DNA of 64,000 nucleotides from the NCBI GenBank assembly GCA_010356995.1, contig ML996705.1, positions 186,001 through 250,000 on the forward strand, written 5' to 3'. The notes under the pieces are model-generated. The model ran no database searches. It saw only the letters and a list, made by a program, of their open reading frames with translations, and had not been told where the DNA came from. The position numbers were made by a program, and so were the translations under genes. Numbering within the stretch: position 1 is the stretch's first letter; each line of letters opens with the position of its first letter. The DNA comes from Trichodelitschia bisporula. Its lineage: Eukaryota. Below, piece after piece: positions 11,436-24,534 of this stretch.

Positions 11436-14400
11436 GGACCGTGACGCGTGGATCAGACTCTGGTGAGGTGGAGAACGGGTGTGGAGGCGCGGGATTTCAT
11501 ACTATTTCATACTGTATCATTATGTTTAGGCGGTTTTCCGTTTTGAATCCCAGCGAGGCGGTTTGAGTGGGGCTGGGGGGGGCGGTGGTTCAGGCGTTGG
11601 CGGCTCTCTGGTCAACTCAGTAAGGCGTTTTTTTTCATCGGGGAGTTGGGGAATGGAAATTGGAAAGGGCACTGAAACGGAAACGGGAAACGGGATACAC
11701 CGGCGAAAACGGGGGCATCGGCTTACGAGCCCCGATTTTCTGGCGTCGAGGGCCGATGCCCGGCGCGATTGTGTGGCATTCTGCGGACTTACTGGCTTTT
11801 CTGAACGGGTTAACGAGTTGATGCGTAGACGGGTGACGCCTACGATGTTTATTAAAGCGCGTGCGTTGTGTGCTGCAGGTGTAGAATGGAAAAGTGAAAA
11901 AGGGGCCGGGGGATAGGTCGCTGTGCCTTGCTGGACCGTGACCTATTGCTTGTTGTGAATGTAGCCATGGAGGTTGGAGGGGTTGTGTGTTTATTGTGGA
12001 GTGGGGCGGGGTTGGTTGGGAAGGAACTGAGCGATGCGCGGATGAGGCAAAAGACCAAAGGAAAAAATGGCCAGGGTCCCCTTTCGAGCACTAAATACTG
12101 ATTTGGTGCGGCGTGGGGAGGGACAGGTACTGTGGCCCTGGGCAATGACTCTCCGTGCCCGCGATGGAAACCGTGTGCGAGATTTTGGAGCTGTGGACGA
12201 GGCTGACGGCAGGAGATTTGGGTGCTGCGGATGAGCCTGACGGGGAGGGATGAGGCTGTCGAGGATGAGGCTGATGGGAAGAGATTCGTGTGCCGAAAGG
12301 GAAATTTCCGCGCCAAGACCGGACCCGAGGCGGCTATTCTGGCGGGACGCGCGGTTGGATGGCGTTCGACGGGTCGAACGGTTCTGTGGCATGACGGGAT
12401 GGCAGATATCACCTCTCAAGGTTGCCGAGAGAGATGCCGAAGACGAGAGGTGCGGCTGAAGACGCGCTTCGGCGGTTGATGTCGGAGCCGAAAATGCCCG
12501 AATATCCTGACTGGAGAGGTATTTCCAAAACGCAGGACAGGTTTTTTGAGAGCTAATAATGGTATCAGAAAAGCCTCCAGGCACCACGATCAATGCTAGA
12601 AAACCGTCAATGGTCGAAGGTGGTGATTGTTTCCGGACGTTGAGTTCTCCTTCCTAATTCGGCCTAGTTCAGCCTTGTGTGGCTCGGACCAAAAACGGTC
12701 TTCGATGACGCCAGGCTGACGGGATTGGACCCGCGTCACGCGCAGGAGGTTGATGTAAACTTTTAAGCGACGCAAATCGTAGCTGAAAAGGTGGAATTGA
12801 GGGTGGGTTCGTCCAGAAACTGGCGAGACGTCCGCGGTGTCATTCCAGAAGCCTTCGTGATACTCGAACGCCAGCTGCTTCGTCCGCGAAAAGAAAATCT
12901 GACGTGCGACGACAGAGACTGGGAGAGACGCTTGATAGTGGATGAGAAGCGCTCGAGACCCGAGGTTGCGTTGATTAAAGGTGAGTCCGAAAAGGAGACA
13001 AATGTTGCTTGCTGATGAAGGAAGGACGAAAGCTCACTTGGGGAAGCCAAAAGGTATTAGGGGAATGTGCAGCGCTTGACTGGAGCAGAGATCGGCTGGT
13101 TGAGAGATTGACTGCAGCGGGAGGAGGGAGGCACTTCTTATAGTCTTTCTTCCCTCCGGGACGCGTCAGATCTAGCAACGGACGCATGACTCTCCCACTG
13201 TTTGAAGGGTCGATGGTTTATCAGCAGACGAATTGCGGGCTTTTTGCTGATGATTAGGCGTACGTGGAAGATGCGGAGGCTTTGTTTGGTGCCGATAGGG
13301 ACGGGTCCCGCAATCATTCAGTCTCTTACGGGAGTCGGTCGGTGACATCTCCGGCGGCGACATATGATGCAGTTCTCCAATCGCCCTGTAGATATGGTGG
13401 CCAGCTGTATACGGAGTGAGTACAAGCAAGTAGCTTATCCTCAAGGAGAAATCAAGCTCATGATGAATACTTCAAGTTAGAATCCGTAGCACTTGCGGGC
13501 GAGGACACTGATGACCGACGCCAGTCATATGTAAGGTCACTTTTTGGTAGAAAGGGACACGCTATGTCTGATTGCGTCATCTACCTATGGTATAATAACA
13601 TGGCTAAGTACGTTAGCAAGTTTTTCCCTGAGTCGAAGGTCCTACCGGAGTTTGCTCACCATATGTAATGCTTCCAACCACGAATGCCAACAAGGGACCC
13701 AAACCCACGCGTGCGGCCGCGGCCAACCCATAGGCGGCAACAGCGTTGCTGCTGTGAGAAAGCGTCGGTCGACGCATGAAACTCACCTTCCCCTGCGGAA
13801 AGACTCGTTGAGCGACCCAATACGTCATCGAGGTCGGCGCGGACCTTGAAGTGCATTGCGTCGTGCTTACAGAGGGCTCCTATAACTTATCCGGTCACCA
13901 CGGTCCATATAGTGTAAAACTCACTGTGTTGTCACGGACCCACGGCCCTTACACCCTGAAAAGGTCTCTCTTGTCCAGCACTACGGGAATGCGCCTGCAG
14001 GCGCCCCGAGATCGGACCGGGCTGTGAGCTAGGTCGTACCGACAGCGTGCTTTGTCGGCCCCGAGGGCATAGTAAAGACACGCGTCGGAGCTGACGTGTC
14101 TTCAAAAGTTAACAGAAGGTCGAGTCATGGTCGGAATTATCATACCGTTTGTGGGTCTATAGCAATCAGAAGTGGAGCCTTGCAAGCTCGTGGAGACTGG
14201 GATGAAGCCTCAGATCCAGCTCTCGAACATCGCCACCGCTGTCTGGGATCATTTGGGCGTGTAGTTACGAGTTAAGTGCAGGACCAATTTTTAAAGGATC
14301 CATGAGGGACAGATAATGCTGGAGAGTAGTTATTGAGGTGTACCGAGCTGGTACAAATTGTGGGGGGTGTTCCGTTCCAGCAGACAGATCCGTTGTCATG

Positions 14401-15513
14401 TTGGGTAAGTTAGGTAAGCGTGATGCTTGCCAGGTGGTCTGGAGTATAAGACGACCGCGGCGAAACATGAGCAATCGATAGGGATGGAAAAGTGAGTATT
14501 TATGTCGTGTTGAAGGCGAGCATTATTATATCTCCGCTGCCGAAACGCCTCGGGTCCCCGCTTTGGAGGGCGCGACCTCTTGTCCTTGACACATTCACCC
14601 CCCCGCTGTCTGAATTGACGAAATGGGCGAATTTGGGAGATCGATATGTAGCGAGTTCAAGATGTGCATTACTGCCTGAAGGTAAGCAGACGCAAGACAA
14701 ATGGGATGGGTACCTGCACGACTTCACAATCGGGGACTCGCAAAGACGTAAATGATGGGTTGGCCGCCAGATGTACTCCTTGGCCATCAAGCCCCAGGAG
14801 AAGTCTGTTCGCTCTGATAGCTGGATGCGCTCTTTCACGAAAAGAAAGATACTACTCTGGATGGGGAAGGGAAGAGGAAGAGTTGCAGATTTCGCAACAT
14901 GAGATGTTGTTAGTGGGGGCTCGCGCTATGCACCCCGGGCAAAGGCTACTATTACACCTCGCACAAGTAAGAATGGTTAACATGAGGGATCAAGAAGAGC
15001 TGACAATCTAAGAAAACAACCCAGTTGCGAAAAGAGGTTGCGGCCATATATAGAGTTCTAGGCGGGACATGGTCCGCGAACCTCCACAGCACAGTCCAGG
15101 GGACCTCTCAAAAAAGTCGCAGCCATTCTCTTTGGGCGCCTTTGCGGGCATCATCGGCCATGACTTTTCGAGGTGACCCTTCGGAGTGGCATCACAGCAC
15201 GTCGGGTGAAGGTATCAGGCCGATTTGCTGAGCCCATCCAATAGGCATCTATGCAGCTGCAGGCCGCGGGCCGCGAAAGCAGCCGTCCCCTGTTGAACAG
15301 ATGATGGGCCGAAATTGAATCGGAAAATGCAAGTGGCGAGGTGACTGAACTCCAGAACATTCGGATTCGTCAAATTCACACTACTTCAGCGGGTTCCTGG
15401 TGATAGCGTAATCATATGACCAAAGCACGCATCTCCGGCCACAACAGATCGTATATGAAGAACGCACCTCGCTGTTTCACCCACTAACAAACGTTACCGT
15501 CAGGAGAACAAAA

Positions 15514-16012
15514 ATGGCACTTATCTCGGTTAACTCGCATTCTCAGTTCCAGTCGCTGCTTTCAGCCAACACTTATGTGGTTGTTGACTTCTACGCAACC
15601 TGGTGCCCTCCCTGCAAGGTCATCGCTCCAGTTTACGAGCAGCTCGCCAAGCAGTTTAATCGGCCCGGTGCGCTAGTTTTTGCTAAAGTAGACGTCGATG
15701 CTCAAGCAGCGATTGCGCGCCAATATGGCATCACGGCGTAAGTGCGGTTAACCGCGTCGAGGACTGCACGTTAATGGAGAAAGCATGCCGACCTTTATGG
15801 TGCTGAAGAACGGGCAGGTGCAGGAAACAATTCGCGGCGCCAACCCGCCGGCACTCCAAGCTGCCATTCGCAAGGCAGTTGCAGATGCGCCGCAAGAAGC
15901 TCCAAAGCAGCAAGAGGAGGCATCTGCGAATAAAGAGGGAAATAACGAGGAGACCGTCAGCGGCAGCTACACTGTTAACAAGGGGAGTGGGTGGAAGATG
16001 TCATTGCGCTGA
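15514..16012 (+). CDS. Thioredoxin with C-terminal extension
   Basis: VVVDFYATWCPPCK, FAKVDVD, GITA|MPTF. Intron 15738-15783 (GTAAGT..AAG). Confidence 0.95.
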
Positions 16013-16408
16013 GGGAAGGACATGCCAGTTCGAGGTCGCTGGTGCTGACCTGGGAAAGGAGGAAAGGGAGTAAATCGCATATGGGCCACGAATGGACAGA
16101 GGATACCACGATCTGGAAGGTGCAATGTACCGTACCGTAGCTTTCGGTCTGCCGATATCATGAAGCTGCTCCCATTACGGAGTACACGTGACTTTGTCTC
16201 ATATTGGGACAGAAATCTTGGCGTCCGACGCCGCGCTAAGGCCGCGCTAAGCCAGAATCTCCGGGGGAGGAGCACCTGCAGCACTCGATCAACCACATCC
16301 CCACCTCCCCACTGCACCAAACATCACCGAAAATACGCAACCCCGAGCTGCCCTCCCACAGCTGGCATACACCATCCGCACTTAGAATCTCTCTTCCAGT
16401 CTGCCAAA

Positions 16409-18725
16409 ATGATTAGAGACTTCCAAGAGTACTCCGCAACCATTGCGAGCACCGAGTCGTTGGATACACTCGCTGCATTCACTGTCGGCATCGAGGCCAC
16501 TGAGTACCTTAACATGCTACCCAAATTCCCAGTTGCCGATGTTAGTCGGCCGATCAAGGAAGCTCTTCTGCCTGCGCTGGGTGGTCTTCCCCTCGGCCTT
16601 CGGTTCGTCATCCAGAAAACCATTTCTGTCTGGCGGCAGCACAAAGTCACACCCGTGTTCGTGTTCAGTGGCCTTGATTTCACCAAGCGAGACGCAACGT
16701 TCGCTGCTTCAGAGGCGAGCGCAGCCATCAATGCCGAAGCTTGGGCGCTATACGACAGCCACGAGCCCGTCAAGGCAGTCGAGATGTTTGGCCAGTCCAC
16801 CTCTGTCACGGCTGAAGACATGTTTCGTTACCTGCAGTCGATTCTTCGCGAAGAGGGCGTCGAGTTTGTCGTAGCTCCGTATGGCGCTAGTGCACAGGTA
16901 TGTGGTGGAGCCGCGTAGCGTATGAGCGTCACTGACACCCGCCACAGCTATCTTACCTCTACTCTTGCGGAACAATCGACACCATTTACGGCTCCTCTGA
17001 GGTCCTCTTCTATGATGTGCCCGACCTCATCACTGGCTGGGATTTTCAGACATCAGAGTTCACCTTCGTGAAGCGGCAGACATGCTTGCGGGACCTGGGG
17101 AATATCTCGAGCGAGACGTTTGTGGATGCATGTCTCCTCGCCGGGTCGAGCGTACTTCCGACCCTCCCCCAGCTCGATCGGCCTGATCCCAAGCGGAATA
17201 ACTCAAAGATTCGAACGGCGGTGGATATAGTGAACAATATCGGCCGCGGCAGCGGGTACGCCGTCTGCCAGCATTTCCAGAACGACCCGGCGTTCATAGC
17301 CCTGGATTACCTGGACAGGTTCCGCAAGGCGAGGTCAGCGATCCGGTTCCACATTGTCCTTACCGCGGACGGGAGGGTACAGCCGCTGCGAGATGATCCA
17401 CCCAGGGATATTCACCTCTTCATTGGCCAGCGCCTGCCTGACGAGATATACCACTACTTGTCTAGGGGCGTCATTGGGCCCCGGGTCTTGAACTGGCGCA
17501 CTTCGGGAGAGATCATCGAGAAGCCACCTCTCGACAATGGGGAGTCGGAGCAGTATCGCCATCTGGTCCGCGATCAGCTGACGGAGATGCGGACGACCGC
17601 TATTGCTCTGCTGTCGTTCTCATTGAATCGCTACTACCACCACACGGACATCAACCTGCGCTGCTGGTTTGACAAGGAACACCCTAAGGTCATCCACATG
17701 AAGGAGGCCACTGACCCGCGCCCCGTCGTCTCCCAGTGGAACGTGCCCATTTCCCGTTTCGGTCCGGAGATCAACAAATACCCCCAGAGCAGCTTGCTCT
17801 CGCTTTGCATCAAGACCCTGACCAATCCTAACTTTGCAGAGAAGTCCATCACACCCAAGAGCTTTGAAAACGTAGGTGTATCAGGCATGTCTCATACTCT
17901 GCTAACCGACCGTAGCAACCCCTTTCCGACAAGGACGAGCTCTTGCTCAATGCAGTGTGGCGCTTCTTGCACCTCCGCGGCTATATCAATAAGGACCACT
18001 CTCTCACAGCGTGGGGCCGCGTATTGCATACTACCCTGGCTGCATTGCCGTCACCTCATCAAGAGGAAGCTGCCATCTTGGCCATCGAGCTTGCGCGTCT
18101 TGGTCTCCTCAACGCGAACCCCATGTTTCTGACATACTCCGGGGCGCCGTACCGCGGGACTGAAGAGACAAAGCGCTTCATTCTGTTGATTTCCCGCGTT
18201 GCGTGTCTGGGGCGGTTTAGCCACAAGGAGATTGGCTACACAGGCCCACTCAGCCGCCACTTGCTTGGCTTTCACTCGATGATCACCGCCGTGCGAAACG
18301 GTCTCAGGGACTTGATGGAGGTCTGTATGACCACGTTGCTCCTTAACGGCGACGCCACGCGTGACGAAGATAAGGATCTGACTGACCTGGGCCTTGAGTA
18401 AGTCCTTGATTTCCGCGTTGCGTCTCTAACACGTATTAGCCTTCCATTTCTTTTGCACAACGATTGCGGGCTGGGGCTAGCCGTGAACTCGTATCTCGAC
18501 GAAGTCTCAAACGCGGCGGATCCATCAGCACCCGAGACAAAGAAGGCCGCTAAGACCAAAGGCTCGCAGGTCTTGTTCTTGTACTCGCTGGACTACGCCG
18601 TTGATATTGACAAGGCCTTTGCTCTCTGGGATGCGGTTTACAAGGGCCTAAAGACTGCTGGCGACATGTTCCCGCACCAGACGGTGTTCGACGACGCTAA
18701 TGAGTTCCTGTCGAAGATGAGGTGA
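16409..18725 (+). CDS. MKT1: Mkt1-like XPG/PIN-domain post-transcriptional regulator
   Basis: GIEATEYL, ALGGLP, PVFVFSGLD, FVVAPYGASAQ|LSYL, FVDACLLAGS, IGQRLPDEIYHYLSRG, IGYTGPLSRHLL. Introns 16898-16947, 17872-17915 and 18398-18439 join the ORF pieces in frame. Confidence 0.9.
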
Positions 18726-19700
18726 TCTCCTCCTTCGGGTACTGTCATTTGGTCCGCTATTGGGCACGGCAGGTACTCATGCCAGCTTTAACCCCTTACT
18801 CGTCAGTTACGCCCAACTGGGCGAACCACCAAGGCCATTGTTGCTCACCACCTACTGGAAAAAAGCTCTGCGCACACTTGTAGTTGTCCTAACAATCAGG
18901 ATTTGCGAACCATTGCCTTCCCCCCCGCCCGAAATCCTCACAGGATATCTGCAGCTATTCAGGTTACGGAGGGATCTTCTCTTCGCGTGTGGCAGCCCAG
19001 AAGGACACTCACCAGCACTCAGAGACTGGGGATGATATGATGTCTGTCGAGCTGACAAGCTTGGATGTCTGCAAGCGGGATGGACGTCCTTCATTTACGG
19101 CACCATAACGATGTATGGAGTTTTGGCCTCAGTTAGCAAATGGCAAAAGTGTATTTGGCTTCGGTGCATGGAATGTGCATTGTTCGACGGCTGCTTCCGT
19201 CGTTAGACGCCTGTCGTTAACTTGAAGTTTTGGGCTTTCTACGCTGCATGGGTGACTACAGCCACGCCGCGGTCTGATTGGGCAGGTCTCAGGTATGCTT
19301 CGCTGGAATGCGCGCACCGGCATAATCTCAAAACGAAGCAGACGTCAACAACGGTCAGTGGACGAGGCAGCAGTATTACTTGGCTAATGATATTGCTTTG
19401 AGGCGGTTGGTCAATTGGGCTTTAGACTCGAGTCTTGTGGCTGGTGCAGGGGTCGGACTCGATCTTTGAGTAGGGTGCATTATTCAACTTAGACAATATC
19501 ATCTATGCGTATCCCAAGCACGACACAATGCAGCATTCATCGCGGTATAATCCTCCTTAAATTTCCATCCTACGAATGACTAATATGACTAATATGACGA
19601 AGGACCTGCCATCGGGGATTTGAAGCCTTCGACAGGCAGGCTGAGGCGACGACGGCGACTATCGAACCCGAGAAAAGAGGGACGAAGGTTGAGTGGGCAT

Positions 19701-19810
19701 TTCTACGAAAGATTAGACTCAGCCGCTCAAGCACCGAATGGAGAGAACAACGTACAGCAGTTGCAGTTGTCACCGCACTTGCACCCGTTCTGGCATTGAC
19801 ATCCGCCCAT
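19701..19810 (-). CDS. Metallothionein micro-gene (MGGCQCQNGCKCGDNCNC, 18 aa if spliced)
   Basis: TTCACAATGG start context, three CxC motifs, intron 19703-19755 (GTACGT..CTAAT..TAG), and a TATA box about 125 nt upstream. Confidence 0.8.
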
Positions 19811-19933
19811 TGTGAAAGTGAAGTTGGAGTTGGAGGTAGGAAGCGTAAGTGTGTTGATTGGTGCGTGAGGCTGAAACTTTTGGTTGCTGATGGTAGGTTC
19901 TTGTCCCTTCTCTCTCTCCCGGCAGACCGGGCT

Positions 19934-19940
19934 TATATAT
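19934..19940 (-). promoter_or_regulatory. TATA box of metallothionein gene
   Basis: Minus strand reads GGATATATAAGCC, followed by a C/A/T-rich leader to the ATG at 19810. Confidence 0.6.
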
Positions 19941-21727
19941 CCCATTCTTCCCCTCGTCACGCCCTCTCCGGCCCCACAGTGGCACCCCCCGCTCGCAGTC
20001 CCCCCTACGCTCGTCACCCCTCCACTGGCCGCACAAGTTGCGCACCGCGCGGCGCGCGCCGCTTTTGCGGCCGGAGCGGGGCGCTAGGCGTCCCTCCGCA
20101 GGTCAGGCTGCCTTTCCCCGCATCGGATCAGCGTTCTGGGCTGTACCCCGCGCGGCATGAGCCGTATCCCCAGTTCTGGGCGGGGTTTTTGATGGGGAGG
20201 ACGGGTTCACGGCTTGGAGGACGGCCAATCGTGTTTGGGTGGTGAGGCGCTCCTCCCCACACATTTGTCCCGATGCGGACTAGTGGTGAGCAAGTTTCGT
20301 GGGAGATGGGGGGGGGTGTTGGTCAGTTTGGTGGGGCGAGGGGGTGCGGGGTTAGTGCGGCTGCTGGAGGGATGGTGATGGGATTTGGGGGGTGGGTTGA
20401 TGGAGTGGTGAGGTTTGGATGTGGTGATGGGGTCGTTTGGATGCTCGCTGGCGATCAGCTGTGCGTATTGCTTTTTGCGACGGCGAGCTGAGAAGGCTGA
20501 GGATCTAATGCTGCTTCCGGCGATGGGAGGGGCGCGTGGCAAAATCCCATGCTTTGACGGTCGTCTGAATGGTGTGTTGGGTTTGGATGGTGTCTCTGAT
20601 CCCTTGAATGGGAGGCCTAGGTCTGCAGGGTGTGTCGAGACTCTTCACATTACAAATGGTTCGGCGGCTGAATTGGTCAATTTCAACCGGTGAGTGGCAA
20701 AAAGAACATTCAGCTGCCAGGCTAGTGTGGTTTACGTCAACGATAGATGGTCCACGGAGGGTGTTGTGGGGCGGGAGGGTGTTGAAACCGGAGGGTTGAT
20801 GGCCCGAGTTTCCGCTCCAACTTTCCGTTTGAGCGGTCCTCTCCCATATCAGAGATCGAAGACGGTCCATGGCTTTCTTTTCAAGAAGGATACCCTCTTT
20901 CCCGCGAAGAGCTGGCCTTGTGGAACCACCTTGAGGAGATGAGGCGGAGCTGAGAAGGCTATGCACTCCTCCTGACGACGGCTTTCAGCCCAATCTTAGC
21001 TGCTGGCCCGTTTCGACCAAGAGCAATTGACCGATCTCCTTCTTCAATCTTTCAATGGATTCTATGCGAGCTTCTGGAATGGTAATAAGGCTCTTCCCTA
21101 GAGTGTATCGACCTTCTCAAGCCTACTCTGATCCAGAATGAGCAAAGTCTACGTTCTGAGGGTTTGTGATACTTAATTAGCCGCTCAGAACACGGTTATG
21201 TGGCGGCACTCGCATTTCAGCATCTCGGGCTCGAAGGTTAACCCGTTGACGCCGATGAGCTAGCATGGGGAACAGTGTCGGGGAAGCGGGACGTTCGCGG
21301 GGTCGAGCTTGACAAGGATGCATCGTGGCCGACTTCGCATCGGCCCGCAGGGCCAAACACCTTACCCGCACTTGGCGCCGAGGATGACGATACATTCAGC
21401 CTTAGGGGATATGGAATGGATTGAGTTGTTCAATGCTGAAATTGACCCCCATTTGTATTGCAATCGTGCTCATGGAGTAGGACTTGGAGGTTTTTGCCGG
21501 AATTTGCAAAGTCGACAAGCAACCACCAAAATTGACTTGCACCCAGGCTGCGCCAGCAGCTCACCCGGCAAGCAGGGTAGTCGACATCAATGTCCCTAAT
21601 TATACGTATCATTAGGGTCAACGAGGCTAAAACTTAAATTCAGCCTCGTAGTTGGCGCCCCAACTCGAATGTTCACTCCCTTTCCGCCGTATGACACAGT
21701 CATGACGTATTTCCCGTGAGCGCCACC

Positions 21728-22453
21728 ATGACCTCTCTCACCGTGATCCTCGGCATGCTCTTCCAGAACATCGCGATCATGCATCACCTCAAAACCGCCC
21801 TCCACCAAGCCAAAGATGACGTTGACAGCACACCCAACCTCGCCTCCTCAAAGCCAACAAACCGTCACGACAGCTTAACCTCCCCCCCCCCCTTGCCCTC
21901 CTCATCCACTCTCCGCGCCCCCGGCGCGCCCTCAAACCCACCGCCCCCGCACTTCCTCGAAGGAACCTGGGAAATAACGCATTCCTCACTACCAGCCTTC
22001 CTGCGCATGCACAACGCGAAAATAACTTTCACCGCACGCCCCGGGTCCGACCCCACCCTGGACGACGAAGTAACCTTCGTGCCGATGGCGCTCGGACTGG
22101 GCTCGGTGCAGGGCGTGCATAGCGCCGTGCGGATGACAGAAGATGATGGGGAGGGGGAAGAGCGGGTTGAGGAGTGGGAGTGGCGGGGGAGGAGTTTGGT
22201 GCTTAAGGCGGCGAAGGCGAGGTGGGAGGTTATTGCCTGGGGAGAGGAGGGGGGAGGGTGGTTCGTGGGGTGGATGAGGGAGACGGTGTTTACGCCGAAG
22301 GGGATTAATGTTTATGCTCGTGAGGGGAAGGGGGAGTTCGGGGAGGGGGTTGTGAGGATGCTGAAGGAGCATGGGGAGGAGAGGTTTGGGAAACATGGTG
22401 AGGAGAGTGTTAGTAGAATGGCGCAGGATTTGGTTGAGGTTCCTAGCTCATGA
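21728..22453 (+). CDS. Uncharacterised fungal calycin/lipocalin-like beta-barrel protein
   Basis: GCCACCATG start. Motifs FLEGTWEITHSSLP, LDDEVTF, WEWRGR, WEVIAWG and TVFTPKGINVYAR resemble a conserved fungal lipocalin-like family. Confidence 0.7.
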   Translation: MTSLTVILGMLFQNIAIMHHLKTALHQAKDDVDSTPNLASSKPTNRHDSLTSPPPLPSSSTLRAPGAPSNPPPPHFLEGTWEITHSSLPAFLRMHNAKITFTARPGSDPTLDDEVTFVPMALGLGSVQGVHSAVRMTEDDGEGEERVEEWEWRGRSLVLKAAKARWEVIAWGEEGGGWFVGWMRETVFTPKGINVYAREGKGEFGEGVVRMLKEHGEERFGKHGEESVSRMAQDLVEVPSS

Positions 22454-22696
22454 GCGATGTGGGACTTCTGCAACAGTGAATGACGGACAAGTGTATTCAG
22501 TTTGGAATTGGCTCTTCTTGAAATCAACCACATGTCGAGGTCAATGGTGATAGTCATCAGGGAGAATTAATGCATTCGTCATCCCATGTTCAATTGTCTT
22601 CCATGTCTTCCATGTCACAAGGCCCAGGTTATATCGACGCCTAGCCACATAAGCCGTCCCGTCCTACGCCATGTTTTTAAACCCAACCGAAAGATA

Positions 22697-23959
22697 TCAC
22701 ATAAAAACGCCGTCCACACCGGCCACAAATGGCCTTGTAGTCTCTAAGACATCCCTTTTCCCTTCCCAAATGCCCTTCGTAAAGCTCACGGCCTCGTCAT
22801 ACGTCTCGTCCTTATACTGCTTCTCCGTCTCAGTCAACCACCCATCTGGCATCTGTGTCCACCCATGCTTCATCCCCTTGAACCGCTCCACGCGGAGATC
22901 TTCCGCCCGGCCCTCGTCCTCCACCTTCTTGACCCATATCTCGCTCTGATGAGCCAACGAATCCAGCTCCGGCAAAATTAAGAACATCCGTGCCGCAGGA
23001 TGAAGACACTCTCGCACGTTGTTCAGTCCCGGTGACGCCCGTGGGTGCGCGGCCTGGTCGCGCGGCAGATATGTCGGGGTCAGCGTGTCATTCAGCTCGT
23101 GCCAGAAGCCGTTAGGGAGCGGGAAGTTGGCCGGCCGTGTTCGCTCCGAGGGAAGTTGGCGCGCGTCGAAGGAGGGGTAGAAGAGAAGAAGCGAGATCGG
23201 GAAGCTGTACGATGCGGGAAATGGGGAAGGCCAAGCCTTGGTTTCAGTGCCGTCGGGCGCAGCTGAGACGGGAATGGAGAGCGCTAGGTTAAGCGCGAGG
23301 TTGCCGCCGCTGCTGAAACCTGAAAGGGCGATGCGTGTGGTGTCAAGGTTGACGGTGTCGATGACAGGAAGCGGAGAGGGTGTGCGCGACATGGGTATTG
23401 GGGAGTTCGGATCCCACGCTGCGGCTCTTTGTGCCCGTGCAGCAGCCTTCTGCGCCCTTGCCGCCGACCAGTTCTCGTGTATCCGTTGGCGAATGTGCCT
23501 GCGCAGCTTATCATACCCTGCCCGTTCGGGGTCCAGCACGGCGTACAGCACATCTTCGGCGTCCTCAACCGCAGCGGGGAATTTGTCGATCGGGCCCATG
23601 CGATAGTCGACGCTGAGGACGACGCCACGCAGCTCGCGGGCCAGTTTGGAGCAGAACGGCGCTTGCTCGAGACAGGAGCCTAAAACAAAGCCGCCACCGT
23701 GGAAGTCGATTATTACGGGCATGCAGCTGGCTTCGGCGGGAGTCAGATCCTCAGCTATCCACACCCAGACGGGTATCTTGTGCTTTCCGCGGCTCTTGAG
23801 GTCGACAGTGAAAGGCTGAGGACCTTGTGGTGTGGTGAAGCTTAACACGGCTCGGGGTACGGCCCTGGGAAGGCGTACCAGCGCGGTTTTCCATTGTATG
23901 TCCCATGGTTGAGAGAAGAAGCTTTTCATCGCCATGCCTGGTTTTCCTGGATTTGGCAT
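22697..23959 (-). CDS. Alpha/beta hydrolase (HSL-like esterase/lipase, Abhydrolase_3)
   Basis: Intronless 420 aa ORF with DFHGGGF oxyanion motif, SVDYR, GFSSGG nucleophile, ELDSL and HGW. Confidence 0.92.
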   Translation of the reverse strand: MPNPGKPGMAMKSFFSQPWDIQWKTALVRLPRAVPRAVLSFTTPQGPQPFTVDLKSRGKHKIPVWVWIAEDLTPAEASCMPVIIDFHGGGFVLGSCLEQAPFCSKLARELRGVVLSVDYRMGPIDKFPAAVEDAEDVLYAVLDPERAGYDKLRRHIRQRIHENWSAARAQKAAARAQRAAAWDPNSPIPMSRTPSPLPVIDTVNLDTTRIALSGFSSGGNLALNLALSIPVSAAPDGTETKAWPSPFPASYSFPISLLLFYPSFDARQLPSERTRPANFPLPNGFWHELNDTLTPTYLPRDQAAHPRASPGLNNVRECLHPAARMFLILPELDSLAHQSEIWVKKVEDEGRAEDLRVERFKGMKHGWTQMPDGWLTETEKQYKDETYDEAVSFTKGIWEGKRDVLETTRPFVAGVDGVFM

Positions 23960-24534
23960 GAGAATTGAGATTAGGAAGGCGGGTGCTGAGGTGTGGGTCG
24001 GTGCGGGGCACCGGTGCGTTTGCAGTGCAATGGGAAGCAGCGGACGAAAATGAAGGCGCCGTACGTGAGGGAAGCGGATTTGGAGCGGGGATCAAAGGTT
24101 CGGAGGTGCGATTTGAGGGGCGAATATCGAGGGGGAGAAGGTGGAGATGGCGGAGGGGCGGGGAAGCTGTGGATTAGGGTTGAAGTAGCTTGGGGATAGG
24201 CTTGAGCCTTGGCCAGAGGTTGGAACATATAAGCGTAATCAGAGACTGTTATATTCCATGGCTTGCACTAGCATCGCTGACGTTGCTTGCGCGTTCTATG
24301 TGGCTGAGCCAGGGGTGACGTCACTCAGCGCCCTGTGGTTGGCCAGCACGGATATCTACACATTCGATTTCAAATGCCTGAGGTTACAATTTGGAAAACT
24401 CTCCCGTGCGGTCTGGTCCAGACGCGTAGTCTCTTCACTTGACGGATCAAAATAATTATTGATGCCGGAAATAGCACGGGATTCAGCATCGGGATTCGGC
24501 ATGAAACCCACCAATATTCTGGCATGCCACGAGT

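Noticed and set aside
19940..20700. Ace1/copper-response elements upstream of the metallothionein
   Set aside because: Several GCTG cores present, but those I checked did not fit the full HTHNNGCTGD consensus.
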